DNA from: a virus
Virus record (IMG/VR): IMGVR_UViG_3300006039_000001
Reading direction: 5' to 3' (one strand)
Length of the DNA stretch: 40,646 bases
The notes below the pieces were generated by a model. It did not search any database. It had not been told where the DNA came from and saw only the letters and a list, made by a program, of their open reading frames with translations. Position 1 is the first letter of the stretch. Each line of letters starts with the position of its first letter. The translations under genes and the position numbers were made by a program. Positions 1-8,534 of this stretch are shown piece by piece.

Positions 1-50
1 CCATCATCCACCCCGACACCGAAGCGACCCTGAAGGGCATCACCGGCTAC
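1..50. repeat. Terminal 50-nt duplication (identical to 40597..40646); a circular-assembly overlap
   Basis: ccatcatccaccccgacaccgaagcgaccctgaagggcatcaccggctac occurs at both contig ends. The capsid ORF reads in frame through the junction. Confidence 0.95.
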
Positions 51-431
51 GTGCCGCTGAACGCCTACCCGTCGCAGATGGCGATCATGGAAGATGAGGT
101 GGGCTACTTTGACGAAATCCGTTTCGTCTCGTCCACCAACGCCAAGGTGTTCGCTAACGGCGGCGCCACTGGCGGCACGAACGTCATCAGCACTGGCGGC
201 TCCAACGCTGACGTGTACGCAACGCTGATCTTCGGCGCTGACGCTTACGGCGTGGTGCCCCTGTCCGGCGAAGCGCTGCGCAACATCGTGAAGTCCTTGG
301 GCTCTGCCGGTTCGGCTGACCCCTTGGACCAGCGCTCCACCAGCGGCTGGAAGGCCACCACGACCACGATCATCCTGAATGACTCGTGGATGTACCGCGT
401 CGAGCACGCCAACACCAGCACGTTGAGCTAA
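1..431 (+). CDS. Major capsid protein, C-terminal part (continues from 40032..40646 across the circular junction; first full codon at nt 3)
   Basis: Open from the window start to TAA at 429-431, in phase with the ORF at 40032. The joined product (MANTTTTLVPNAQAFYNRTMLERA...FRRYSQL...LTEGVTPAG...) looks like the N4-gp56-type HK97-fold capsid family. It lies directly after the scaffold gene. Confidence 0.88.
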   Translation, partial: IIHPDTEATLKGITGYVPLNAYPSQMAIMEDEVGYFDEIRFVSSTNAKVFANGGATGGTNVISTGGSNADVYATLIFGADAYGVVPLSGEALRNIVKSLGSAGSADPLDQRSTSGWKATTTTIILNDSWMYRVEHANTSTLS

Positions 432-450
432 TCGCAGCTCAACCCATCAA

Positions 451-475
451 GAGGGCCCTTCGGGGCCCTTTTTTC
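451..475 (+). terminator. Rho-independent terminator after the capsid gene
   Basis: GGGCCC-TTCG-GGGCCC hairpin (453-468) followed by a T-run (469-474), 20 nt after the capsid stop. Confidence 0.85.
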
Positions 476-488
476 ATTGGAGCGCCAC

Positions 489-839
489 ATGCCCCGAGGT
501 ATCCCAAACGTGAAGACCGAAGACAAAGCCCCCGCCGAACTGTCCGACAAGGACATCCTTGTCCAGCAAGCCAACGCCACATGGAAGCCGCCTGCCGACA
601 AAGAACGCATGGTCAAGTTGACCGTGCAGAAGATCGGCGACGACAAGGCCTCTGACTTCTTCCTGTCTGTCAATTTCAAGGACTACCTGATCAAGTACGG
701 CGAAGAAGTGACCGTGCCTGAATCGGTGGTTCATGTGCTGAAGAACACGTCAATCACCACGATGGTTCAAGACAGCCACACCGAGAAGATGAAGCCGGTG
801 ATGCGCCCCCGCTTCGCCTACAGCACCGAGGCCGCCTAA
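489..839 (+). CDS. Hypothetical virion-module protein (possible head decoration/accessory protein by position only)
   Basis: ORF 477..839. ATG at 489 sits about 6 nt after GGAG (479-482). Normal codon bias; lies between the capsid and adaptor genes. Confidence 0.6.
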   Translation: MPRGIPNVKTEDKAPAELSDKDILVQQANATWKPPADKERMVKLTVQKIGDDKASDFFLSVNFKDYLIKYGEEVTVPESVVHVLKNTSITTMVQDSHTEKMKPVMRPRFAYSTEAA

Positions 840-1490
840 ATGGCGACCGCCTGGAGCATGACTGCGCGGCAGATCGTGCAGGACGCTCTGACGCTGCTGG
901 GCGCGTCAGCCATTGGCGAGGCGGTCACGGGCGACCTGTACCTGTTGAGCATTCGGACGCTGAACGGCGTCATGAAAGAGCTTCCGCTGCATGGCTACGC
1001 CTGGCCGAACCTGAATGTGGCTGCATCGGCACTGGCATGGAGCGGCGGCACGCCCTCATATGTCACGGCCCCGGCTGACTTCTCGTCTGATCTGGTCCTG
1101 AACATCACCGATGCGGCTGGCAATCAACCAAAGCTGACGGCGCTGCAACGCGCTGCTTGGCTTGAGATCCCGAACAGGTCAGCAACTGGCGCTTACCCGA
1201 CCCATTTTTACGTGGACGTGGACAGCAAGGTTTACCTCTGGCCAGTCCCTACTCAAGACCCCGGCCTGCGCGCCTCGTACATCCAAAAGCCGGATGACGT
1301 GGTTGATGCGCAGGCCCCTGATTTCCCCGCCTCTGGTGCGCTGGCCCTTGTCTGGGGCCTGGCTGCGCACATGGCGCCCCACTTCCAAATCGACCCGACC
1401 CCATACGCAGCCACATGGGGCGTGAAGCGGGCCGACCTCCTTGCAAACGGCGTCAGCACGGCGCCGGTCATTTTCGAACTTATTGACTGA
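840..1490 (+). CDS. Head-to-tail adaptor, P22 gp4-like (tentative)
   Basis: The N-terminus TARQIVQDALTLLGASAIGEAVTGDLYLLSIRTLNGVMKEL resembles the P22 gp4 N-terminus (DLVRAALRKLGV...DDLEAMMAEW). The position after the capsid gene matches P22 gene order. Confidence 0.5.
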   Translation: MATAWSMTARQIVQDALTLLGASAIGEAVTGDLYLLSIRTLNGVMKELPLHGYAWPNLNVAASALAWSGGTPSYVTAPADFSSDLVLNITDAAGNQPKLTALQRAAWLEIPNRSATGAYPTHFYVDVDSKVYLWPVPTQDPGLRASYIQKPDDVVDAQAPDFPASGALALVWGLAAHMAPHFQIDPTPYAATWGVKRADLLANGVSTAPVIFELID

Positions 1491-1498
1491 GGCCCACC

Positions 1499-2812
1499 AT
1501 GGCAGAAAACCTCGCATCCGGCAACAGCATCAATTTTCAGTTTGACGCTGACGACTACATCTCGATCGCGGGCAATGCACAGGTGATCGCCAGCGGCCCC
1601 ACAGCCAGCGTCAACACCACAACCACCGGCACGGCCACTTTTGGCCCATACCCTGGCGGCGCGGCTGTGCGCATCATCGCCACCGGTGCGTTGACATACA
1701 CGCGGACGCAACCCACCAGGCTTGGCGCTTCTTTGGAGGTGGACACAAACGCGACCACTGGCGCTCAGTCGATTAACGCTGCATCCCTCCAGGTGCTGGC
1801 TAATAGTGGGGTGGGGTCTGGAATTCTGCCGCTGACGCCGCCCGCCCGAACCGGGCAAGTATGCTTTGAGAACATCACCGTCGCGGCTGACTCAACGACG
1901 ACGCTGTTTCAGCTTTCAGGCCAAGGTCCGGGCGTCATGGTCGGGTTGCAAATGATTTTCGGCACTGTCGCAGGCGGCAAAGACGGGCGCATCAGGATTT
2001 ATGTTGATGGCGAAGTTACCCCATCCATAGACATGCAGATGCACCACCTTGGCACACTGTGGACGCCAACAGGCGGCGGTGCAACTCGGTTCCGCCATCG
2101 GTACATCCAGAGTGGATTCAACAACGATGCTGCGGGCCGGATCTTCACCCAGTTCAACTACCCGATCCCCTTTGATTCAAGTATCAGGGTTGATTACATC
2201 GCGCCATCAACGGGCCTGAATCTGTACGTGCAGGGTAAGTATCATCTGCTGCGCTCGCCGCTCCCGTACAGACTCAAATTCACAGGCCCAACCTATCAGA
2301 ACCGACTGTTGGCAGTCACGCCAACGCAGCTTGATACCCGCCAAGTCAAGTTCTTGGACTTGCCTTCGGGTGCCGGGAATCGCGGGTGGATCGTCGGGTT
2401 CATGTGGGGATCTGACAATTCGCAAGGCGGCTCAGCCCCAATGCTTTACCTCGAAAACAACATCGTTGTTTATCAGGGCACCCAGGCCCGAGATGGCACT
2501 GTTGTGCCTATCTACAACAGCACGGGTGGGGAAGACTTTTTCGAATCCGCCTACTACTACAACAACGGTGAGGGCTCTTTCGGCAATATGTTCGTGTCTT
2601 CGCGGGCGCGTCGGTCTAGTTCTCCGGTTCGTGCACCTGATGAGGCGAACAACATCACGGCGGTGATCGATTTCCTGGACCAGGGGCGTGCAATCTACTT
2701 CGATGACGGCTGCCTGTTTACCGCCGAGCGGGGGCTTGCAGCATTACCGGGCATCAATGGAAACACCATCGATCTGATGTACGGCGTCTGGTACTACGTG
2801 CCTACGCCATGA
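1499..2812 (+). CDS. DUF2961/GH172-like jelly-roll protein; putative virion-associated glycan-binding or depolymerase protein
   Basis: 437 aa. RIRIYVDGEVTPSID, NYPIPFDSSIRV and STGGEDFFESAYYY parallel the DUF2961 signatures (riYwDGe..P, yyPmPF, GTGtEDYF). RBS-like start; translationally coupled to the next gene. Confidence 0.45.
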   Translation: MAENLASGNSINFQFDADDYISIAGNAQVIASGPTASVNTTTTGTATFGPYPGGAAVRIIATGALTYTRTQPTRLGASLEVDTNATTGAQSINAASLQVLANSGVGSGILPLTPPARTGQVCFENITVAADSTTTLFQLSGQGPGVMVGLQMIFGTVAGGKDGRIRIYVDGEVTPSIDMQMHHLGTLWTPTGGGATRFRHRYIQSGFNNDAAGRIFTQFNYPIPFDSSIRVDYIAPSTGLNLYVQGKYHLLRSPLPYRLKFTGPTYQNRLLAVTPTQLDTRQVKFLDLPSGAGNRGWIVGFMWGSDNSQGGSAPMLYLENNIVVYQGTQARDGTVVPIYNSTGGEDFFESAYYYNNGEGSFGNMFVSSRARRSSSPVRAPDEANNITAVIDFLDQGRAIYFDDGCLFTAERGLAALPGINGNTIDLMYGVWYYVPTP

Positions 2813-3213
2813 GCTATCCTCTTCTCGCCCTGGCCATGGCCCTGACCTGCGGCCTTGCACAAGCCCAGACCGCCTCAGTCCCGCCACCGTGGCTCAGCCT
2901 GCCGTTTGCCTGCCTGCCTGCTGTGGCCGGCCCTGGCGCCACTGGTAGCCAGCTCATCCCTGGCGCCAACGCCGTGGGCTGGTTCGTCGCCTGGTGGTGC
3001 CCGGGCGTTGACAAGCCCCAGGTGTTTGCCGTGCGCTGGGACTCGACTATCAAGGTGATGGATGCGCCGGAAGGTCAGGCATTCATGCGCGACCCGCACA
3101 CGGCAACAGCAAACACGCTGCGCCTCAAGGGCGAGGACATCGACGGCCCACGCTTGGCGCCGATCTGGCGGCCCAGCCTGGCCAAGATCGTTGCAGCAAG
3201 GCCGGTGAAGTAA
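2809..3213 (+). CDS. Secreted (Sec signal peptide) protein of unknown function
   Basis: N-terminus MSYPLLALAMALTCGLAQA|QT has a hydrophobic core plus an AXA cleavage motif. ATGA overlap with the upstream gene. Confidence 0.6.
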   Translation: MSYPLLALAMALTCGLAQAQTASVPPPWLSLPFACLPAVAGPGATGSQLIPGANAVGWFVAWWCPGVDKPQVFAVRWDSTIKVMDAPEGQAFMRDPHTATANTLRLKGEDIDGPRLAPIWRPSLAKIVAARPVK

Positions 3214-3446
3214 TGGCAATGCACGGCAACAAAGCCAAGTCCGATGCCTGGCTGAGATTGCAGGCGGCAAAGGATGCGCTCGACAACATCCTGCCTGGCC
3301 CTGCATCGAGGCAGATTCAGCGCAAGCCAATGCCTGTTCCGGCCCTGCTGGTTGACGGCCTGCGCGTTCACTCAGAGCGGGCTCTGCGCATGGCGCAAGA
3401 GGCTGGTCTTGACGTGGACATGACGAACAACTGGCCCAAGCAATGA
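3213..3446 (+). CDS. Hypothetical small protein
   Basis: 77-aa ORF with TAATG and ATGA overlaps to its neighbours. Confidence 0.5.
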   Translation: MAMHGNKAKSDAWLRLQAAKDALDNILPGPASRQIQRKPMPVPALLVDGLRVHSERALRMAQEAGLDVDMTNNWPKQ

Positions 3447-4810
3447 CAGCCTTCCTTGGCCCCAGCTACAACCGCCGCAGTCGTGCTGCATCGGTTCAGC
3501 GCGCGGTCAACCTGATCCCGTCGCCGCTTGAGGTTGGCAACGAGCGTGCGCGTGCATCGTTCAAGGATCTTCCGGGGTTGCGCCTGCTGGTGACGGCTGC
3601 TGGCCCGATCCGTGGCGCCATGCAGAGCAATGGCCGCGCCTTTGTGGTGGCGGGCAACAAGCTGTACGTGGTGTCCACGGCCTGGACTCTGACTGAGCGC
3701 GGCACGCTGGGCACTTCGACCGGCTGGGTGGACTTTGCGGCCAACATGACGCAGGTGTTTTGCACCGATGGCAGCGCTTTGTACTGCCTGACACGCGACA
3801 CCAACGCCTTCCAAAGCGTGGTGGACTACCCAGGCGGCAAACGAATCTCAGTGCTGAACGAGTACCTGCTGTTCGTTCATGCCAACTCGGGACGCTTCGG
3901 ATGGTCGAATGTGGGCGACGGCACGACGCTGGACGCGCTGGACTTTGCGACGGCTGAATCTAGCCCTGACAACTTGGAGGCGGCGATTGTCACCAACGGC
4001 CAAGTGCTTTTGCCGGGGCTCGATAGCAGCGAGATTTGGACGAACGTAGGCGGTGACGAGACCTTTGCCCGCAACGGCTCGGCTGTGATCGAAGCTGGCA
4101 CAACTGCACCGTATTCTGTACGCCGCCTGGACAACTCGGTGTTCTGGGTTGGCTCAAGCGAGCAGACCGGGCAGGGCGTGGTTTTCCGCCTCAACGGCTA
4201 CACGCCGGTTCGCATCTCCACCGAGTGGGTCGAGGAAAAGCTGGCGGGCATTGACTTGTCAGGGGCTCGCGCCTTCACGTTGCAGATCGAGGGCCACGCC
4301 TTCTACTGGCTCAACGTGCCGGGTGTTGCTACATCGCTGGTCTATGACGTGCTGAGCGGCCTTTGGTTCGAAACGGCCGAACTGGTGGATGGCGAGTACA
4401 TCCCGCACCGGGCAGACGTTCACCTGTTCTTCAACAACACCCACGTCATGGGCGATGCAGAGGGCAACTTGTACGCCTTCGACCCGCTGGTGAGCAATAA
4501 CGCGGGTGATGTGCTGGTGCGTGATCGCATCCCGCCAGTGATTGGCACGCCAGATCAGCGCCTGGTGCGCCACGCTGAAATCGAAGTGGTTTGCGACAAA
4601 GGCACAGGCGGCGTGATGCTGCTGCGCTGGTCGGATGACAACGGTGCGAACTGGGGCAACTGGCACGAGGTGAGTCTGGGCGAGATCGGCAACTTCAATG
4701 CACGAGTCCGCAAGCTGGCAAACGGCATGAGCCGCAACCGGGTCTATCAGATGCGCGTCACTGATGACGTGCCGTGGAACCCGGTTGATGTGAATGTGAG
4801 GCTTGCGTAA
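3443..4810 (+). CDS. Tail hub / packaged-DNA stabilisation protein, P22 gp10-like (tentative)
   Basis: 455 aa, similar in size to P22 gp10 (472 aa) with similar beta-rich N-terminal wording (GNKLYVV vs GGKLYKG). Sits downstream of the gp4-like gene as in P22. Confidence 0.5.
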   Translation: MTAFLGPSYNRRSRAASVQRAVNLIPSPLEVGNERARASFKDLPGLRLLVTAAGPIRGAMQSNGRAFVVAGNKLYVVSTAWTLTERGTLGTSTGWVDFAANMTQVFCTDGSALYCLTRDTNAFQSVVDYPGGKRISVLNEYLLFVHANSGRFGWSNVGDGTTLDALDFATAESSPDNLEAAIVTNGQVLLPGLDSSEIWTNVGGDETFARNGSAVIEAGTTAPYSVRRLDNSVFWVGSSEQTGQGVVFRLNGYTPVRISTEWVEEKLAGIDLSGARAFTLQIEGHAFYWLNVPGVATSLVYDVLSGLWFETAELVDGEYIPHRADVHLFFNNTHVMGDAEGNLYAFDPLVSNNAGDVLVRDRIPPVIGTPDQRLVRHAEIEVVCDKGTGGVMLLRWSDDNGANWGNWHEVSLGEIGNFNARVRKLANGMSRNRVYQMRVTDDVPWNPVDVNVRLA

Positions 4811-5205
4811 TGGCTGACGACAAGCTGTTTCCATTTCAGGCCCGGGTGCCGGTGACGATGGATGGGGCCTTGCCTTCGGTCGATTTGCTTCAGTACCTGA
4901 ACAAGCTATTCAAGGTCGTTGGCGGCTACCAAGCGGACACGAACTACCAACTGGCGCAGAACGTCCGCAGCCTGACTGACGCGGTGGGGCTGCATGTGTT
5001 TGAGCGGCCACAACAGCGCCCAAAAGACGTGCGGCCAGGCGACTTCATCGACATCACTGAAGACGTTGGCGGCTACACGGTGAGCCTCCGCGTGGGCGAT
5101 GTCATTGGTGCAGTGATCCCATTCTTGCCCCGCCACAAATCAGTCGATCAGCGACCCGTCAACGACGCGAGCCAGATCCTTGCAACCCGAGTCTTCAGGG
5201 CTTAA
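4810..5205 (+). CDS. Hypothetical tail-module protein
   Basis: 131-aa ORF with a TAATG junction to the hub gene. No recognisable motif. Confidence 0.5.
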   Translation: MADDKLFPFQARVPVTMDGALPSVDLLQYLNKLFKVVGGYQADTNYQLAQNVRSLTDAVGLHVFERPQQRPKDVRPGDFIDITEDVGGYTVSLRVGDVIGAVIPFLPRHKSVDQRPVNDASQILATRVFRA

Positions 5206-5208
5206 CTC

Positions 5209-5568
5209 ATGGCAACTTTCTCACGCGTGCTGCTGTCTGGCAGCACCAGCGGTGCGCCTATTCCTGTCGCGGCCACGGCCACGCCTGGCACGTTGCTGCA
5301 CACGGCCGTCACTGGCGCCACGTCATTCGATGAGGTCTATCTTTGGGCCTCGAATGTGACGGCGGCCACCGCAACGCTGACGATTGAATGGGGTGGCGTC
5401 ACTGACCCCGGAAGCCTTATCACCAAGGCGCTGGACATTCCGGCCAACAGCGGGCCAACGCTCATTGCGGCGGGTCAGTCGATCAATGGCGGCTTGGCGA
5501 TTCGCGCGTTTTCTGGCACTGCCAGCGCCATCAACATCACCGGCCACGTCAACAGGATCACGGCATGA
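5209..5568 (+). CDS. Hypothetical small beta-rich virion-module protein
   Basis: 119 aa, T/A/G-rich (…DEVYLWASNVTAATATLTIEWGG…). Coupled to the next gene by ATGA. Confidence 0.5.
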   Translation: MATFSRVLLSGSTSGAPIPVAATATPGTLLHTAVTGATSFDEVYLWASNVTAATATLTIEWGGVTDPGSLITKALDIPANSGPTLIAAGQSINGGLAIRAFSGTASAINITGHVNRITA

Positions 5569-6458
5569 CCGCGTTTCTGATGGCTGGCGGCGGTGGCATT
5601 TACGTGTCGGCCATCACCACTTCGCCCGGATTCGACGCGATTGCATTGGGTCGGCCTGATCTGCGCGCCGTGGATCGGCTGGAGGCTGAGTTGCTCCAGA
5701 TGCCCCAAGCCAACATCAAGACAGAGCACCGCTTCCGCCCCGGCTTCTACGAGCGGACTATCACCATCCCGCCATGGACCGTTCTGACCGGCGCCGAGCA
5801 TTTGACTGACTACACGGTGAAGCTTGAGCGCGGGACCATCGCTGTCAACACGGACGATGGCGTCAAGGTAATGACAGCGCCATTCCAGTTCGAGGCGAAG
5901 GCAGGCATCAAGCGCGCCGGCCGCGTCTTTGAGGATGAGGTCGTTTGGACCGACGTTTACGCGAACCCGGACAACTGCACCGACATCCCAACGATTGAGG
6001 CCCGGATCTACAGCGCCGAGGTGGAGCTGGGCGAAAACCGGATTGCAAAGGCCATTGACGCGGCCCGCCTTGATTTCGAGGTGTTCTTGTTGCAGATCGG
6101 CAAGACGCAGGCCGACATGGACGCCATTGTCCAAAACGATGCCGACCTTATCCCGATGCCTGAAGGCTTCTGTGTAGCGGTCAGGGAATCCGTGATTGAT
6201 GGCCTTGGCATGTTCGCCACCAAAGAGTTTGGCCCCGGCGAGTTCATCTGCCCGGGCCGGATCAACAGGCGCAGGACGCCAGCAGGCAGGTTCATCAACC
6301 ACTCGCCGACGCCTAACGCAATCGGCAAGAAGCTGGACAACGGCGACATCGTTGCCATTGCAACCAAGCGCATCCAGCAAAACGAAGAGGTGTTCCTTGA
6401 TTACAGGAACTCCATGCGGATCAACTTTGGCATTGCCATTGAAGGGGAATCGACATGA
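5565..6458 (+). CDS. SET-domain protein (putative protein-lysine methyltransferase) with an N-terminal beta-rich domain
   Basis: The C-terminal ~110 aa carry SET signatures: VIDGLGMFATKEFGPGEFI (GxG block), GRFINHSPTPNA (R-F-I-N-H-S-x-x-P-N) and NEEVFLDYRN (EELxxDY). The layout resembles the minimal chlorella-virus vSET. Confidence 0.72.
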   Translation: MTAFLMAGGGGIYVSAITTSPGFDAIALGRPDLRAVDRLEAELLQMPQANIKTEHRFRPGFYERTITIPPWTVLTGAEHLTDYTVKLERGTIAVNTDDGVKVMTAPFQFEAKAGIKRAGRVFEDEVVWTDVYANPDNCTDIPTIEARIYSAEVELGENRIAKAIDAARLDFEVFLLQIGKTQADMDAIVQNDADLIPMPEGFCVAVRESVIDGLGMFATKEFGPGEFICPGRINRRRTPAGRFINHSPTPNAIGKKLDNGDIVAIATKRIQQNEEVFLDYRNSMRINFGIAIEGEST

Positions 6459-7189
6459 GTGGATGGGTTGCGGGCGCCGTGGTTGTTGGCGCGGTGGCTG
6501 GTGGCGCGATTCAAGCCAACGGCGCCAAGAAGGCTGCCGGTATTCAGGCCGCGTCGGCTGATGCAGCGACACAGGCCCAGCTTGACCAATACAACCAGAC
6601 ACGAGAGGACCAAGCGCCATACCGTGCGCTGGCCACCGAGGTGGGCCTGCCCGGCATCCGAAATTTCCTGTCCAGCAACAACAACCAGTTGACGCCAGCG
6701 CAGGTGATGGCCGACCCCGGTTATCAGTTCGGGGTGGATCAGGGAAACAAGGGCATTCAGGGCACAGCCGCAGCCCGTGGCGGACTCTACAGCGGCGCCA
6801 CCTTGAAGGCCTTGAGCAAGTTCAATGGCGACTACGCAACGGGCCGCTACAACGACTCATACAACCGCATGGAGACGAACCGAACCAACCAGTTCAACCG
6901 CTTCGCCACGGCGGCTGGTATTGGCCAGACGGCAAACAACCAGGTGGCGCAAGCCGGCATGAACTTCGCCAACAACGCAGGCGGCAACATGATTGGCGCG
7001 GGCAATGCGCAAGGCGCGGCGGCTCTGGCCAGCGGCAACGCGTGGGGCAACGCCTTGAACCAGGGGATCAGCAGCTACGGGAAGTACATGGGCGGCCAGC
7101 AGGGAATCGACGCCAGCGGCGCGGGCAGCCTGTACGGATCGGGCGCCAACGGCTCATTGAATGGCGTTTACGGGGTCTACGGGGACTGA
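6455..7189 (+). CDS. Putative internal virion/ejection protein (P22 gp7 position)
   Basis: 244 aa with an N-terminal hydrophobic segment (WVAGAVVVGAVAGGAI), then a G/N/Q/A-rich sequence. The size and order 244/447/553 aa mirror P22 gp7/gp20/gp16. Confidence 0.45.
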   Translation: MSGWVAGAVVVGAVAGGAIQANGAKKAAGIQAASADAATQAQLDQYNQTREDQAPYRALATEVGLPGIRNFLSSNNNQLTPAQVMADPGYQFGVDQGNKGIQGTAAARGGLYSGATLKALSKFNGDYATGRYNDSYNRMETNRTNQFNRFATAAGIGQTANNQVAQAGMNFANNAGGNMIGAGNAQGAAALASGNAWGNALNQGISSYGKYMGGQQGIDASGAGSLYGSGANGSLNGVYGVYGD

Positions 7190-7190
7190 T

Positions 7191-8534
7191 ATGGCACAAG
7201 TTGACACCGGCATTTACCAAAACCTCCTGCGCCCCCCAAAGAGCGTGCAGGAGTACGACGCAGAGGCGCAGCAGGCCGAAGGCAACAAACTTGGCCTGCT
7301 GTTGCAGCGTGGCCAGTACGACCAGCAGCAGCGCGGGGTTGCTGACGATGCGGCCTACCGTGACGCGGTGCGCGGCTTCGGTGCTGACTCTGGCGCCAAT
7401 GCGAACATGCTTCGCGTGCGCGGACTTGGCAAGCAGGCCATGGACTATGAAAAGTCCGCACTCGACGCCAGCAAAACCTCTACCGAAGTGGCCAACCTCA
7501 AGAAGACGGGCGCCAAGACCGATGGCGATCTGATGGACGCATCCTTGAAGCGCTACCGCACGGGCCTGGACTTCATCGAGACGCCACAAGGTGCAGCCAG
7601 TTGGCTAAAGGCGCAATATGAAGACCCGGCGCTGTCTGCCCTGATGAATTCGCGCGGGACATTTGAGGAAGCCATCAAGCACATTCCGCAGACACCCGCA
7701 GAGTTCGATCAATGGCGACAAAAGGTTGCCATGGGCATCGAGAACTACAGCAAGAAGCTGCAAGAGGACCGCAAGCAGGACGAAAACGAACGCAACAACA
7801 AAGCGCATCAAGTCATCGCATCCAGGAACGCCAGCACGTCAGAGGGGCAGCTTGGCGTGGCGCAGGGCAACCTTGGTTTGCGCCAGCGCGAGTTCACGCA
7901 TCAGCAAGGCAAGGATGCGATGGGCGACGGCGCCAAGCCACCAGCAGGCTATCGCTACACGGCAGATGGCTCGCTTGAAGCCATTCCGGGTGGTCCAGCA
8001 GACCTTAAGGCTCAGGCCGTCGCCCAGCAAAAGGCCAGCGGCGGATCTGATGTTGATGTTGCGCTTTCAACGCTGCGTGATGCTTATGACCGCCTTGAAA
8101 CTGGCGGCGGCATCACCAGCACAAAGAATGGGATGCTAGGCAATCTGGCCGCATCAACATCATCCTCCGGCATCGGTCAGGCGACAGGCCGAGCATTTGG
8201 CACCAACAACCAATCGGCGCGCAACGACATTGCCATGTCACGCCCGGCGCTGCTGGCGGCCATGATGAAGGCCACCGGCATGAGTGCCAAGCAAATGGAC
8301 TCGAACGCTGAACTGAAGTTGTGGCTGGCCACCGCTACCGACCCGACGCTTGATATTGAGTCGAACCGCAGGGCTTTGGCAAACATTGAGCGCAAGTACA
8401 TCAACGGCGCGCAACCTGCTGCGGCTCCGAAGCCTACCGCGCCAATGGGCCTGAAGGCTGGCGCAGTTGACGGCGGCTACCGATTCAAGGGTGGCAATCC
8501 TGCTGACAAGTCCAACTGGGAAAAGGTGAAGTAA
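7191..8534 (+). CDS. Putative ejection protein (P22 gp20 position)
   Basis: ORF 7161..8534. ATG 7191 lies 1 nt after the upstream stop. The protein is helical and Q/K/A-rich. Confidence 0.45.
   Translation: MAQVDTGIYQNLLRPPKSVQEYDAEAQQAEGNKLGLLLQRGQYDQQQRGVADDAAYRDAVRGFGADSGANANMLRVRGLGKQAMDYEKSALDASKTSTEVANLKKTGAKTDGDLMDASLKRYRTGLDFIETPQGAASWLKAQYEDPALSALMNSRGTFEEAIKHIPQTPAEFDQWRQKVAMGIENYSKKLQEDRKQDENERNNKAHQVIASRNASTSEGQLGVAQGNLGLRQREFTHQQGKDAMGDGAKPPAGYRYTADGSLEAIPGGPADLKAQAVAQQKASGGSDVDVALSTLRDAYDRLETGGGITSTKNGMLGNLAASTSSSGIGQATGRAFGTNNQSARNDIAMSRPALLAAMMKATGMSAKQMDSNAELKLWLATATDPTLDIESNRRALANIERKYINGAQPAAAPKPTAPMGLKAGAVDGGYRFKGGNPADKSNWEKVK

Noticed and set aside
5475-6620. 381-aa minus-strand ORF opposite the SET and ejection genes. 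Similar long antisense ORFs lie at 8485..9207, 35874..37106, 37799..39154 and 39576..40607.
   Set aside because: These are typical high-GC shadow ORFs. They lie antisense to genes with clear motifs (TerL, portal, capsid, SET) and give Arg/Pro/Gly/Ala-rich low-complexity translations. They have no RBS or coupling and no recognisable domains.
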